This document shows positions 26,428-39,850 of a stretch of DNA of 64,000 nt, one piece after another; within the stretch, counting starts at the first letter, position 1; every line of letters starts with the position of its first letter. The stretch comes from Octopus vulgaris (lineage: Eukaryota). A program made the translations under genes and the position numbers. Below the pieces are notes generated by a model that worked only from the letters and a program-made list of their open reading frames with translations, was not told the DNA's origin and did not search any database. The stretch spans positions 92,566,001-92,630,000 of the forward strand of contig OX597817.1 in NCBI GenBank assembly GCA_951406725.2, read 5' to 3'.

Positions 26428-26833
26428 GCTGGGTGAAATGCTTAGCAGCATTTCATACATCTTAACATTCAAAGTTCAAATTCCACTGTGGTCAGTTTTA
26501 CCTTTCATCCTTTCGAGGTCAATAAAGTGAGTACTAGTTGAGCACTGGGGTCGATGTAATCGACTAGCTCCCTCCTTCAAAATTTCATACCTCTTGCCTG
26601 TAGTGGAACGGATTATTATTATTATTATTATTATTGGTGAGAAAGCAGAATCATTACCATACTGGGTGAAATGCTTAGTGGTATTTTGTCCTTCACATGC
26701 TGTGTTCTAATTCTGTCGAGGTCAGCTTTGCCTTTCATCCTTTTAGGGTTGATAAATTAAGTACCAGTGAAACACTGGGGTCGATGTAATCCACTCATCC
26801 CCTCCCACAAGATTGTACCTTTAGTAGAAAGGA

Positions 26834-26870
<37 letters not shown>

Positions 26871-26872
26871 TC

Positions 26873-29721
26873 AGTAGTTTTATTTTTATAGCGTGCTTTC
26901 ACTTCACTACCGAGTGCAGCTCTGTGTGCCTTAGGTATGTGCTGTGATTTGTTGTGATGCTCTGATGGTTATTGTATGGAAAGTGTTCTGCGTAGGATGT
27001 GTGCAGTGCCTAGTAGTGCAATTTTCTGTATGTTATGTGTGTTTGTAAGTCCTGGTGTTTTTGTTATGTATTTGTCTGAATATTTTTTTATCATGCCTAA
27101 TGCACCTACTATGATAGGAATTGTTTCTGTTTTTAGATTCCACATTCTGGTTACCTCTATTTCCAGGTCTTTGTATTTTGAAAGTTTCTCCATTTCTTTT
27201 AGAGACACGTTGTCATCTGCCGGTATTGATACATCAATTAGAAAGCATTTTTTTCCTTCATGATCTCTGACAACTATATCTGGTCTATTGGCCTTAATTT
27301 CTCTATCTGTGTGTATCGGCTTGCTTTCTCGTTTTCTGTGACCTTTTCTGGTGTGTACCTATACCATCTTTTTTCTGTTGTTATTCCATAATGTTGGCAT
27401 AGCTTCCAGTGTATGTAGGTTCCAACTCTGTCATGTCTGTGAATATATTCCTTCTTAGCCAGGACTGGGCAGCCAGAGATAATATGATTTATTGTATCTT
27501 GTCCATCTCCACATATTCTGCAGTTACTTGTTATATTTCTTTTCATTACATGTTTTTGGTAATTTCTGGTGGGGAGGCTTTGGTCTTGTGCTGCAATTAA
27601 AAATCCCCCTGTCTCTGCTTTGAGTCCTGAGCTTCTCAACCATTGCTGGGATTTTTCTTTGTCTATTTCTTTTGCGTTTAGTTTAGTCCAGTATTTAACA
27701 TGAATGGGGTTTTCTTGCCATCGTTTTATCATGGTTCGTTGCTGTTCTATTTTTAGTTTGGATTTCATTTGTTTTATAGCTTTTGTTGTTTCTTCATCTT
27801 CTTCTTCTTCATGTTTATTAGGTGGTATGATTTCTTGTTGGTATTTGTCAGCTTCCTTAAATACTGAGAACAGTTTTTTGTTTTGCTCGTATTTTGCCGC
27901 TATTTGTATCAGTTTTCCTTCCTTCTGAAGTAGATATTTTTGCAGTCCTATGGTGGTTATTTTATAGTAGTTTTCCAGCTGTATAAGGCCTCTACCACTT
28001 TCTATACGTTGTATATATAGTCTTTCTATGTCAGATTTTGGATGATGCATCCTAGATCTTGTCATTATTTTTCTTGTTTTCCTGTCTATTTTGGTCAGTT
28101 CATTTAGTGTCCAGTTAAGGATATTGTAGCTGTAACTTATAACTGGGACAGCTAAAGTGTTAATACCTATCTTGTTTTTAGCATTGAGCTCTGTTTTTAG
28201 TATTGATCTAACTCGTCTATAATATTCTTTTTTTTATTTTCTCTTTCATTTGTGTGTGTTGTGTCTTATCTAGTTCATGGATTCCTAAGTATTTGTAAGT
28301 TTGGCTTTGGTCTAATTCTTTTATTTCATTGGTTTTATCTAGTGTGATGTTGCTACTCTTAACTATTTTTCCTCTTTCTATGGTTACTTTGGCGCATTTC
28401 TCTAATCCAAATTTCATATCTATTTCTTTAATAATGTTTCCAGCTGTTTGTCATTTGCAGCGTATAGTTTTAGGTCATCCATATATAAAAGGTGGCTGAT
28501 CGTTTTGCCGTAACATTTATATCCGCATCCAGTTCTATTTAGCATATCAGATAGAGGTGACAGTGCCAAGCAGGAAAGGAGTGGAGAGAGCGTGTCTCCC
28601 TGGAATATTCCTCTTCTAATGGGGATGGCTTTGGTTTTCATGAGTCCCTCTTTTGTTTGGAGCTGTAGCACTGTTTGCCAGTTATTCATAGAGTGCCCTA
28701 TGAATTTTATAATTGTTGGTGCTACTTTGTTAATGGCTAGTGTTTTGAGGATCCATGTGTCGGGGATGCTATCAAACGCCTTTTTGTAGTCGATCCAGGC
28801 CATACTGAGGCCTTTCTTCTTTCTGTAGCTGTCTTCAGTTATGGTTTTATTAATCATTAGTTGATCTTTACAGCCATATGAGCCTTTGCGGCATCCTTTC
28901 TGCTCTTCTGGAAACAGGTTGTTTTCATCCAGGTGCTTGTTCAACCTTTGTGATATCACTGCAGTAAATGCTTTGTACATTTTAACGAGACAGGTTATTG
29001 GTCTGTAGTTTTCTGGCTTTGCTGTCTCATTTGATTTGGGAATTAAGATGGTTTTCCCCTCCGTGAGCCATTCAGGCATTGTCTCTGGCTCTGCTAGTAT
29101 GTTGTTAAAGTTTTCAGCCAGCTTTTTGTGCATTCCTGTTAGATATTTCAACCAGAAGTTGGGGATCTTGTCATGCCCAGGTGCCTTCCAGTTGCTTAGT
29201 CTTTGCAGTGCCTAGGTGACCTCTTCAGTTGTTATGGGGGTCCAAAGTTGCTCAGATGCTGAGTTTGTTGTCTTGATACTCCTTTTTTTTGGTTGTTCAT
29301 TCGCCAACCATATTTCTTTCCAGAATTCTTCCACTTCTTCTGCCGTTGGTGCTGCAGTGATTTCTATTTTATTTTTGCCAAGTTCTTGGTAGAACTTTTT
29401 GTTTTGTTCAAAGAAGCGCTGGCGTTTCTCATACCGGTGGATCCTTTGTGCTTTGGCAAGGATATCTTGCTTCAGCTTTTCTTTTATCTCAGGTAAATCT
29501 TTTTCTGTGATGTTATATTTGCGGAGTATTTTTGTTTTCTTTTTGTTGCTCAGTAGCGTTGATTGTCTACTGATTTCATTAAGAATCGACAGATCTTTTC
29601 TCATTTTTTGTATTTTGTTTTGGATGTTATTTATCCACAGGGTTTGTTTGGGTGGTGGTACTCCTGTTTGGATGGGTTTGAGTGAGTATCCAGCTTCTTT
29701 TGTGGCTGCAGTGGCTGCTGC

Positions 29722-29722
<1 letters not shown>
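26873..29722 (-). mobile_element. Well-preserved 5'-truncated R4/Dong-like LINE inside a (TAA)n tract
   Basis: RT: YRPITCL, PEEQKGC, WIDYKKAFDS, GIFQGDTLSPL, YMDDLK. CCHC: CRICG...HIISGC. RLE: RPD..D..K..KY. (ATT)n on both sides (26836-26872 and 29723-29806). Confidence 0.95.
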
Positions 29723-29781
<59 letters not shown>

Positions 29782-29807
29782 TTATTATTATTATTATCAT
29801 TATTATT

Positions 29808-30600
29808 CATATGGACACAACAGATTAGACTGTTGGAAAAGAAAAATTCCCAACATCTGGTGACAAGTAACCTTAGGTGCCAAGCACCCCCTAAGTACTC
29901 TAGCTGTCCCTAATAAAAGTGTTTTCTGGAGTTGTACTAAACTGGGCTTTATGCCTATTTCCTCTATCCATCTGTCCAAATCTTTAGGAATGGTTGCCAA
30001 TGCACCTATAAGTACAGGGACATATTTTAACCACACTTTCCATAGCCTCTGTAACTCAATGGTTAGGTCCTGATACTTTGCTATTTCTTGTATACCTCTC
30101 ATATTGATTTTTCATCATTTAGGACTGTAAAGTTAATTATTTGGCACTTTCTATTCTCTTTGTCTGCTGCTACTAAATCAGGCCTTCTAGCTTCTACTAC
30201 TCTATCAATGTTAAAGCCCCACAACATCTTATATTTCTTACTTTTTAGTACTTTACTAGATTCATGTTCATACCATTTATCAGCATGGTCAAATCCTAGC
30301 TTTGTATATAACTCCCAGTGGATTACTCTCCCTAGGTTGTCATGTGCTTTCTTGTATTCTTTCTGTATCAGCATGCTACATTCGCTAACTATATGAGTAA
30401 CACTTTCCTCTTTTGATTTGCATAACTTACATTGCAAATCTACTTGGTTCTTGTCTATCATGGCTTTAATCCAATTAGTCCTTAATGCTTGATCTTGTGC
30501 TGCTACTAACAAGCTTTGACACTCTTCAGCCTTCGATTCTGCAACCATAACCATGTCTCACTACTACTATTTGCGGCAATCCTCTTTGGAAATCTACTAT
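29808..30600 (-). mobile_element. 3' part of another R4/Dong-like LINE
   Basis: AAQDQALRTN...CKLCKSKEESVTHIVSEC...RRPDL...AKYQDL...LQKTLLLGTARVL. The 3' end abuts (TAT)n. Confidence 0.88.
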
Positions 30601-30771
30601 GCAAAGCCTCCACCTGTCAGTCAGATAACTTTTGTACTTTTTTCTGGTTTTTAACTTCGTTTGGCTTATCAGTTTCCCTGTTTTGTTGCTGTGATTTTAT
30701 ACTATTTGGTTGTGTCCTTCTATGTTTTGAGATCTAATGCCATGCTGATGGTATTTGCATTTCATCCTTCC

Positions 30772-31829
30772 AGGCATGGCTATGTGGTTGTTTCTCAACT
30801 ATGTGGTCTTTGATTCAGTTCCACTATCTGGCATCTTGGGCAAGTGTTTTTGACAAAGGCCTTAGGCTGGTGAAGGCCTTGTGAGTGGATTTAGCAGATG
30901 TGTGCTTGTATGAGGTAGCGTCAAAATGTTACCAGACTAATTCTGTAGTACACCAACAGATGGCAGCCCACAGTTGTGTGCTCAGTGAGAGCTAGCAGTG
31001 ACCTTTATGAGGCAGTGTGTCAAGTGACATTGCTGTGTTTACTTCACAAGTTGTGGAATTTGTGTACGTGAGATTGTGTGTAATGCTGTAGTTTTCACTT
31101 TTTGTCATGGACAGGAAGTTGGAACAAAAAACCAATGTAAAATTTTGGATTAAACTTGGTAATTCTGCTGCAAAGATACTGAGCATGCTTCAGCAAGCTT
31201 ACAGCAACCAAAGCAAGTGTTTGCATGCAATATTTCAAGTGGCATGGGCACTTCAAAAGTGGAAGAGTGTCCCTGGAAGACAATGAGCAATCTGGAAGAC
31301 TTGCCACAAGTATCACTCCTGGAAATAGGGAGAAAATTTATCAGTGTGTGCATGAGGATCATCAAAGGACAATCAACAACATTTTGAAGCATTTGAGGGA
31401 GGACATTTAGTGTAAGCGACCAGTTCTGTAGAGTGTGAAAAATTGAATTCTTCACAGCAACAATGCACCCTGTCACCGAGCTCTCATCAATCGTGAGTTT
31501 CTTGCCAAAAGCAGCATAGTATCACTTCTGCACTTGCTCTATTTGCCAGATTTAGTACCTGCAAACTTCCATCTCTTCCCCAAGATGAAAATGTAACTCA
31601 GAGGTGCCTTTTTTAACACCATTGTCGAGATCAAGGGTGAATTGCAGAAGGTCCTCAATTTGCTTATGGAAGATGACCTCCAGACCGGATTCCAAAAGTG
31701 GCAGGAATGCTGGAACTGGTATATTGCTGTGCAAGGTGACTATTTCAAAGGAAATGATGTAAAAATTTTGGTAAATAACTTATTTTCTATTAAACCTAAC
31801 TAGTGCAGAAAAGTTTTGATACTTTGTGT

Positions 31830-31871
<42 letters not shown>

Positions 31872-32078
31872 TTTTGTGTTTGTGCTATGCTTATCCCTCA
31901 CCAACACTTGACAATGGGTGTTGGCTTGTTTACGTTCTTTAACCTAGCAGTTTGGCCAAAGTATGAATGGAATAAGCAGCATGCTTAAAAATAAGAGCTG
32001 GATTGACTTTTTTTTATTAAACCCTTCAAGGTGCTGCCCCAGCACAGTGCAGTCCAATTATTGAAACAAGTAAAAGGT
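30772..32078 (+). mobile_element. SINE family A copy split by a mariner insertion
   Basis: 5' half at 30772-30908; (TG)n plus 3' half at 31835-32078. Confidence 0.7.
30911..31830 (+). mobile_element. Internally deleted mariner DNA transposon
   Basis: MDRKLEQKTNVKF..KLG HTH; FKSGRVSLEDNEQSGR; NNAPCH...YLPDLVPANFHLFPKMK (YSPDLAP-like); QGDYF C-terminus. Degenerate TIRs, TA on the left. Confidence 0.88.
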
Positions 32079-32119
32079 GTATTCATTAAATACCAGCCAA
32101 TGTACTGGAGTTAAAATAA

Positions 32120-34162
32120 CACAGGGGAACAGTTTTAAACTAAATTTCTGTTGAGTTTGATGTTTCACTTGCTTTAGACTAAAATTGGTATGCTGATTTC
32201 AAAACAACAGTCAGATTCTTCAATTACACCAAATTTTTCTTTTTCTACAGCTTACTCTCTGCTTTTACAGTTTTATTGATAACACAAGGGAACATTTTCA
32301 AAATACTTTTACTTGTCTTGCTTTTTATAATTAGTCCTACCTAATTTGATGGTGTTGGATTCAGAAATGTCCTCAGAATTTTTCTATCACATCAAATTTT
32401 TTGTTAAACAGGAATTCATTTTTTTACCTTAAAATGAAAATTTTGCCATTAAATGCAATACTGAAATAAGAAACTAACACAAACCAAACAGTATTTTCTA
32501 TTGTTTAACAAATATATTATGCAAAATATTTAATTATGCATCTTTGGATAAATATTTCTGTCAAATTGTGGTTTCAGCTACTCAAGGAGTGAACTTCCTT
32601 TTTGCTGCTTTGCATGAATAACTTGCATCATGATAATCTCTTTGCAGAGACCAGCAGCAATCAACTATCATATTTGTTTTTCACCTGTCTTGATACCCAG
32701 TCTCCATGATCTTGATGGCTTTATGGAAATTTTTCTCCTTGCTCATCACTTATTGCACTATGATTTTTAGGGACGTAACCCAGATGACTGTACAGGAAAT
32801 GCACTGTTATACTGAATTAACAGAGTCTGCACAACTTCTTCATAATTTGATGCCTTCCTATTTCCTAGGAAATCAGACACAACTGCTGCAAAATCATTCC
32901 ATGCTTCCTTTTCAGAGACAGACATTGTCTCCAAAAACTGCTTGCCCTGCAAGAGCCACCTAGTCTGTGGCACATTAAACATACCAACCTTAATTTTCTC
33001 ACCAGACAAAACTGGAAACTTCCTGCTTTAGCACTTGAAACAATCACAATCTCAGTGTTTCAACACATTTTGCACATTATATGGGGTCCCCTATCTTTGT
33101 TTTGATTGCTCATTTTCATGCAAAAGTTAGTGAGGTGTCTTTCTTCACAAAATCTGTGATTTTGTTTTGCTACCTAACTAATGAGTAGCATCCACAAATA
33201 AAGCAGAAGACATCAGGTCTGTTTTATATTTTCTCCTCTCACAACTGGCCATATCTTTGAAATACACACCATATATTCAGGCCAGTTGTCACCTGGAAAA
33301 GCATTTTCAGAATTTTCTACAGCTATAAAGTAAGCAAATGCAGATTTGTGATTGAAAAGTTTCATAAAAAGTATTCATACCATAAAGTTCTTTCTTTGGT
33401 CTTTAACCCATGCTTGACAAAAGGTGACCTTGACCCATGTGATCTCACAATTAAAACAATAGGGGCGGGGCACATTCAAAATACCAATTTTCATAAGAAC
33501 TATTTAAAGGTTCAAGAAAACACATCTCACCTTTATATGGATAGAACCCATGGAAGAGGGAAACCCTGCCAGATGTGTTATGATAAAATGAAGACTGATC
33601 TTAAGATGTTGAGATCCAAGGAAAGAATGACAAAAGGAGAGAATCATGGAGGAGATGATCAGTGATAATCACACTAAATCAAGCATAGCATTGGTATATC
33701 TGCAGACAAATTCCACAAATATGAGACATTAATGATATCAAGGACCACAGAAATGTATTGTTTATTAACATTTAATTGTATAAAGGACACTCTTATCATC
33801 ATCATGACATTTAAAACTGGTTAGACTGAAAATAGAAGAAAGTTGCACAAGTTTGATGCTTTTTATTTACTGAAGATTCTTAAATCATGACTTGTTTTCA
33901 CTTTTGTAGTTGCATTTACTTTAAACGATATTGAAAACTATGTTTCCAAAGATGTGTCAAGCTCCACATGGATCTGCATTTGATGAAGCCAAATCTATTT
34001 TTAGAAATGGGGACAATAGCAGAAATGTTGAAAAATGGACATTTGAATCTGGGAAAAATCTTGACGTGATAGAGCAAAATGGATTTCATTTTCGAAATCA
34101 GTACCCCAAAATTACCAGGAATCATGTCTCCCACACTAGACAACAAAACCATGTTCCTAGTG
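32120..34162 (-). mobile_element. Chapaev3-like (CMC superfamily) DNA transposon, internally deleted
   Basis: Termini CACAGGGGAACA and TGTTCCTAGTG with 3-bp TSD TAA (32117-32119, 34163-34165). Transposase remnants PDVFCFICG, PHIMCKMC, EKEAWNDF..FLGNRK, EQGEKF..D...GYQDR. Confidence 0.8.
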
Positions 34163-34510
34163 TAACTGACACTAAAAGTGAAGCTATGCTCCAACATGAC
34201 CATAATCTGGTGGCTGGAACCACTAAAAGAATAATTAAAAATGCTTCAACAATTGCTTTTTAATATTGTTTTTATACCTAAGGCAGTGAGCTGGCAGAAT
34301 TGTTGGCATACTGAGCAAAGTGCTTTGTGTCTTTACATTCTGAGTACAAATTCTGCCAAAGTTGACTTTGCCTTTCACCCTTTAGGGGTTGATGTAATTG
34401 ACTTACTCCCTCCCCCAAAATTGCTGACCATATGCCAAAATTTGGAGCCAATATTATTTTTACACCTAAATATTGGACCTATGATGTTTGATTGTTTGGT
34501 TTTGTTGTAG

Positions 34511-34628
34511 CCAGTTGGATGTGATGGTCTCCTGTATGGTAAAGAATTGGATCGCTGTGGAATTTGTGGAGGTGATGGACGTACATGTAAAAGAAGATCT
34601 TATATACATTATTTTAATGCAAAATCAA
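34511..34628 (+). CDS. ADAMTS-family exon E: end of cysteine-rich domain and start of spacer
   Basis: ttgtag|CCA...TCA A|gtaagt. Translates PVGCDGLLYGKELDRCGICGGDGRTCKRRSYIHYFNAKS, the hallmark VGCD...DxCGxCGGDG motif. Phase 0 to 1. Confidence 0.95.
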
Positions 34629-35139
34629 GTAAGTCATCATCTGTGCCATCATTTCTATTTTGGTTCTATCTGAATATATTTCTTTTTGTTGATGGTTTTA
34701 TGTGTTTTAACTCATTGTTGTTGTTGTTGTTGTTGCATTAGAATGGACATATGATGCATATGGATGAGGGTAGCTGTATAAAGAAGTGACAATTACTTTA
34801 TATGGATAGGGCCCATGGAAGAGGGAAACCCAGTAAGATGTGTGATGAAAAAATGAAGACTGATCTTAAGATGTTGAGATCCTAGGAAAGAATGACAAAA
34901 GGAGAGAATCATGGCAGAGGAGATCAGTGATACATGATGCTTGAGAATACCTGCCATCACAGTAAAACTGGGGTTCTAAAAGCATTATGTGTATGTACAA
35001 ATCTGGGTGCTGTACTCAATTTGTCCCTGTCAAAACTTCTTCACCCCACATCTCCCTATTACTCATTCTCCACCAACCTTCTAACTACTACATTATTCTA
35101 CTGCTGTAATTAATTGCTAGCATTTCTCTCTTCCCCTCC

Positions 35140-35175
<36 letters not shown>

Positions 35176-35639
35176 GGAAATGCCTTCTTTTGACATCCTC
35201 ATTCTTAACATCATCTCTACCCACACTCTTGATCACCTTTTCATTGTTACCAGTTATCTTTCCTTCTCCTCTGAACTACATCTTATTGACATCCACATTT
35301 CATTCTTTACACTCTGTTACATCTACCATCATCCACCCTACTATCTTTGTTTGCCATTGCCTATATTCATCCCTTCACACCTTTGACCTCATCCATCTCT
35401 ATCATTCTACATCTCTCCCTCTTACCCCAACACTCTAGCAACCTTTAGCCACCCACCCCCAATGCACCATCTCTCTATCCCTCATCCTTACCCTGTAGAT
35501 AGTTTTCTTATTCTGCCACTCATCACTCTTTCTGTACTGCCAGTCATCAACTCACCTGTCTTGAGCCACTTCAATTGAAATCCTTTACTCAATCTTACCA
35601 CCTTACCTTCCAATTCACATTGATCATTAACTACATATA

Positions 35640-36014
35640 AGGCGTAGGAGTGGCTGTGTGGTAAGTAGCTTGCTTACCAGCCACATGGTTCCGGGTTCAG
35701 TCCCACTGCGTGGCACCTTGGGCAATTGTCTTCTACTATAGCCACGGGCCAACCAAAGCTTTGTGAGTGGATTTGGTAGACGGAAACTGAAATGTGTGTA
35801 TATGTTTGTGTGTCTGTGTTTGTACACCCCCCCACCAACATCGCTTGACAACCAATGCTGGTGTGTTTACGTCCCTGTAACTTAGTGGTTCAGCAAAAGA
35901 GACCGATATAATAAGTACTAGGCTTACAAAGAATAAGTCCTGGGGTCGATTTGCTTGACTAAAGGTGGTGCTCCAGCATGGCCTCAGTCACATGACTAAA
36001 ACAAGTAAAAGAGT
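35640..36014 (+). mobile_element. SINE family A, full length
   Basis: High identity to 10849-11248. Confidence 0.88.
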
Positions 36015-36689
36015 ACACCTCCACCTTTGTTCATTATGCACAACACTCATCCCTACTCCCAGATCTAAACTTTCCCTCTTCCACACACTTACAAAATATA
36101 CCCACCTACTCTTCTTGATTTCTGTCTCCATACTCTATTCGTGTTCTTGTACTTTGACATCTCATCATCACCATCTTTGTGTCTCTTTCAAACACCATCC
36201 CAATTACTACCCATTTTCATAATGTAAGGTAGCCACATATATCCTTTCTAGCAAGAATCCTGTTCCTGATTGTTCTATCATACTTTAACCACTCAACAGC
36301 TAGCATAAAGCAGCTTCCCTCCCCACTATACCTGCATTCAGTTGAGGGGGATATTTTAGTTTCATAAGTCTCACTTGTGCCTGTGTCAGGAAAAAGGCAT
36401 CCAGTGCACCCAGTAAAGTGCTGGTGTGAGGAAGGGCAGCAAACTATACCAGCCATGCAAAGAGCATTGGAGTAAGAGTGAGAGATGTATAATGATAGGG
36501 ATGGAGGAGGTCAAAGATGCATAGGGATGAAAGTAGGGAGGGGCACAATGCAGTTCTCCAACCCTTCAGATTCTATCAAACTGCCCAATTCATGCCAACA
36601 TGGTTGATAACAATGATGATAATGATAATGATATGTATGCGTGAGTATATATATATACTTCAACATTTTTAAATATATATATATATATA

Positions 36690-37618
36690 GTGTAGCTGCT
36701 AGAATAAGAATAGCCCGGGCAAAGTTCAGAGAACTCCTCCCCTGCTGGTGACAAAGGGCCTCTTGCTCAGAGTAAAAGGTAGATTCTATGATGCATGTGT
36801 ATGAATAGCCATGCTACATGGCAGTAAAACATGGGCCATGACTGTTGAGGACATGCGTAAGCTTGCAAGGAATGAAGCCAGTATGCTCCGCTGGATGTGT
36901 AATGTCAGTGTTGCATACCCAACAGAGTGAAAGCACTCTGAGAGAAAAGTTAGACTTAAGAAGCATCAGATATGGTGTGCAAGAGAGATGACTGTGCTGG
37001 TATGGTCATGTGTTGTGAATGCATGAGGGCAGCTGTCTGAAAAAGTGCTACACCCTAGCAGTTGAGGGAAACTGTGGAAGAGGTAGACCCAGAAAGACCT
37101 GGGATAAGGTGGTGAAGCATGACCTTCAAACACTGGGCTTCACTGAGACAGTGACAAGTGACTGAGACCTTTGGAGATATGCTGTGCTTGAGAATACCCA
37201 GCAAGCCAAGTGAGACCATAACTGTGGCATATCCCAGCCCATTTAAGAGTACCCTTCAATCATTGGACAATAAACTTTGCTTGTGAAGACCTGTTGAGGC
37301 AAGTGAAATCGTTGTCATGGCTAATGACAGTATCACCCGATTGGCACTTGTGCTAGTGGAACATTAAAAACACCATTTGAGCGTGATCATTGCCAGTACT
37401 GCTTGACTGGCCCTCATGACAGTGGCACGTAAAAGCATCCACTACACTGTCAGAGTGATTGGCATTAGGAAGGGCATCCAGCTATAGAAATTTTGCCAGA
37501 TAAGATTGGCGCCTGGTGCAGCCTTCTGGCTCGCCAGCCCTCAATCAAACCATTCAACCCTGTAAAGCAGACGTTATACGATGTAAAGCAGATGTTAAAC
37601 GATGAAGACGATGACGAC

Positions 37619-37658
<40 letters not shown>

Positions 37659-37660
37659 TA
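36690..37660 (+). mobile_element. 3' end of an RTE-clade LINE with (GAT)n tail
   Basis: VAARIRIARAKFRELL...AMLHGSKTW...MLRWMC...GRGRPRKTW, then 3' UTR (ggcattaggaagggcatccagc) and (gat)n. Confidence 0.88.
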
Positions 37661-38014
37661 TATATATAGATAGATAGATAGATTGATAGATAGATAGAAA
37701 AATGGAGGAAGAGTAGGTATATAGATAGATAGATTGACAGACAGACAGACAGGCAGGCAGGTGGGTAAATAGAAAAAAAGAATAAGCTGAATCTTTACTT
37801 TGCTAATACTATTAATTTCACATTGTCACCAACCATTCAATGTCTGGATTTGGAAACAAATTTATGACTTTGCTACATTATACTTAAATGGTTGAAAAGA
37901 GTACATGCAATGTTTATCAGAATAATTTAACTTGTTAATCCAGAAATATGACATTGAATATTGTATAGTAATAGTCTGTGTTTACAACTCTTGATATCTC
38001 ATTTGTTACATAAG

Positions 38015-38101
38015 ATCCTTACCTGAAACTGAAGATTCCTAAAAATGCAATCCGTATCAAATTTAAATTTTTCAATGCAAAGAGACAGACATACCAGATT
38101 T
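38015..38101 (+). CDS. ADAMTS-family exon F: spacer
   Basis: ttacataag|AT...ATT T|gtaagt. Translates (N)PYLKLKIPKNAIRIKFKFFNAKRQTYQI, matching the spacer IPxGAxxI motif. Phase 1 to 1. The acceptor is an uncommon AAG. Confidence 0.75.
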
Positions 38102-38429
38102 GTAAGTATTGTTTATCACTTATTCTTGATTGAAAGGAGTCAGTTTTATTGAATGGAGGATACAATTGCTAACTGTCATGTTAGGTAAATTGGAGTTGGT
38201 GGGATGGTGTTGTGGAAGGGGTTGCAAAAAGTATTCTTGTACTACAAAGAATAGCTCCAATTTGTAAGAGACTACAGATAGCTTTATAATATCGAGAGCT
38301 ACATGTGTCTGCCATGTCAGTCTAGGTATCATAGATGGTAGCCCTCTGTATTTGGTACTATAGTAATCATGAATGTAAATTCTAAAAAAATGTCACTATC
38401 TTACATGTACAATACTAAACATATTACTT

Positions 38430-38630
38430 CAATCATGTGAGATATTACACTGGATAAGCCACATTATGTGTGTTACTTCATATGAGGTACTCTAGTGGGT
38501 AGTCCTATCATGTTAGGTACTATAGGGTAAGCTTTATCATGTAAGATATTATAGAGTGTGGCTATTTATGTGAGGTACTTTAGGCAGTGGCTACATCATG
38601 AGAGGTACTATAGCCAGTGGGCTTATGTAA
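38430..38630. repeat. Degenerate minisatellite with about 28-31 bp unit
   Basis: About 6-7 recurring atcatgtgaggtactatag...ggct-like units. Confidence 0.65.
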
Positions 38631-39281
38631 CATAAAATAGAGATACCAATGGCAATCAAAAGTTATACAGTCTACTTTATTTTCTCCCCGCAAAATTACT
38701 TGAACTCTTAAGGATGTATTTCAAGTAAAATATATCCAATATAACAAATAACACACAGGGCAGTGAGCTAATAGAAGCATTACTTCACCAGGAAACTTAG
38801 CAGCATTTTGTCTATCTTTATGTTCTGAGATCAAATTCTGCCAAGGTTGATAAAATAAGTACCAGTTGGACACTGGGGTCAATGTAATTGACTTAGCTCC
38901 ACCTCTAAAATTGCTGGCCAAAATTTGAAATCAATATAACAAGTAACATTGTGCTGTTGAAGCAGTAAGTTGCAGGAATAGTACAGTGCTATACCCAATA
39001 TCTTACAGAATTTTGTTTTCTTTTCACCTCTTTGGAATATTCTAAATTCAAAGGTCAGTGGGTTAAAATTTCTCTTTAAATGTTGTATCTTTTAAATATT
39101 AGTGTTGTTGGTTATAAGTTTCTAACAAGCCATTCAGGTTCACACATTTCTTAGTTTTCATATTAATGTGCATATCATTCACTGATTTATATAAACATGC
39201 ATACACACACATATACACGTGTGTATGTGTACGTACACACACACGCATACACACAAGCCAAACACATTGGATATGTGTTAA

Positions 39282-39422
39282 AAAGCTTGCTTCCCAACCA
39301 CATGGTTCTGGGTTCAGTCCCACTGCAAGGCACTTTTAGACAAGTGTTTTCTACTATAACCTCAGGCCAACCAAAGCCTTGAGAGGATTTGGTAGACAGA
39401 AACCGAAAGAAGTCCATTGTGC

Positions 39423-39511
<89 letters not shown>

Positions 39512-39850
39512 TGTATGTATGTATGTATGTATGTATGTATGTATGTATGTATGTATGTATGTATGTATGTATGTATGTATGTATGTATGTATGTATGTAT
39601 GTATGTATGTATGTATGTATGTATGTATGTATGTATGTATGTCTATGTGTGTGTGTCTTTCTGTCTGTGTTTGTTCCCCATCCCATCGTTTGACAACCAG
39701 TGTTAGTGTGTTTGCACCTCTGTAACTTAGCAGTTTGGCAGAAGAGACCAATAGAATAAGTACCAGGCTTAAAAAATAAGTTCTGAGATCGATTCATTCG
39801 AGGTGATGCCCCAGCATGGCTGCAGTCTAACGACTGAAACAAGTAAAAAA
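39282..39850 (+). mobile_element. SINE family A with expanded internal (TA)n(TATG)n
   Basis: Family A 5' and 3' halves separated by a microsatellite of about 230 bp. Confidence 0.82.
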
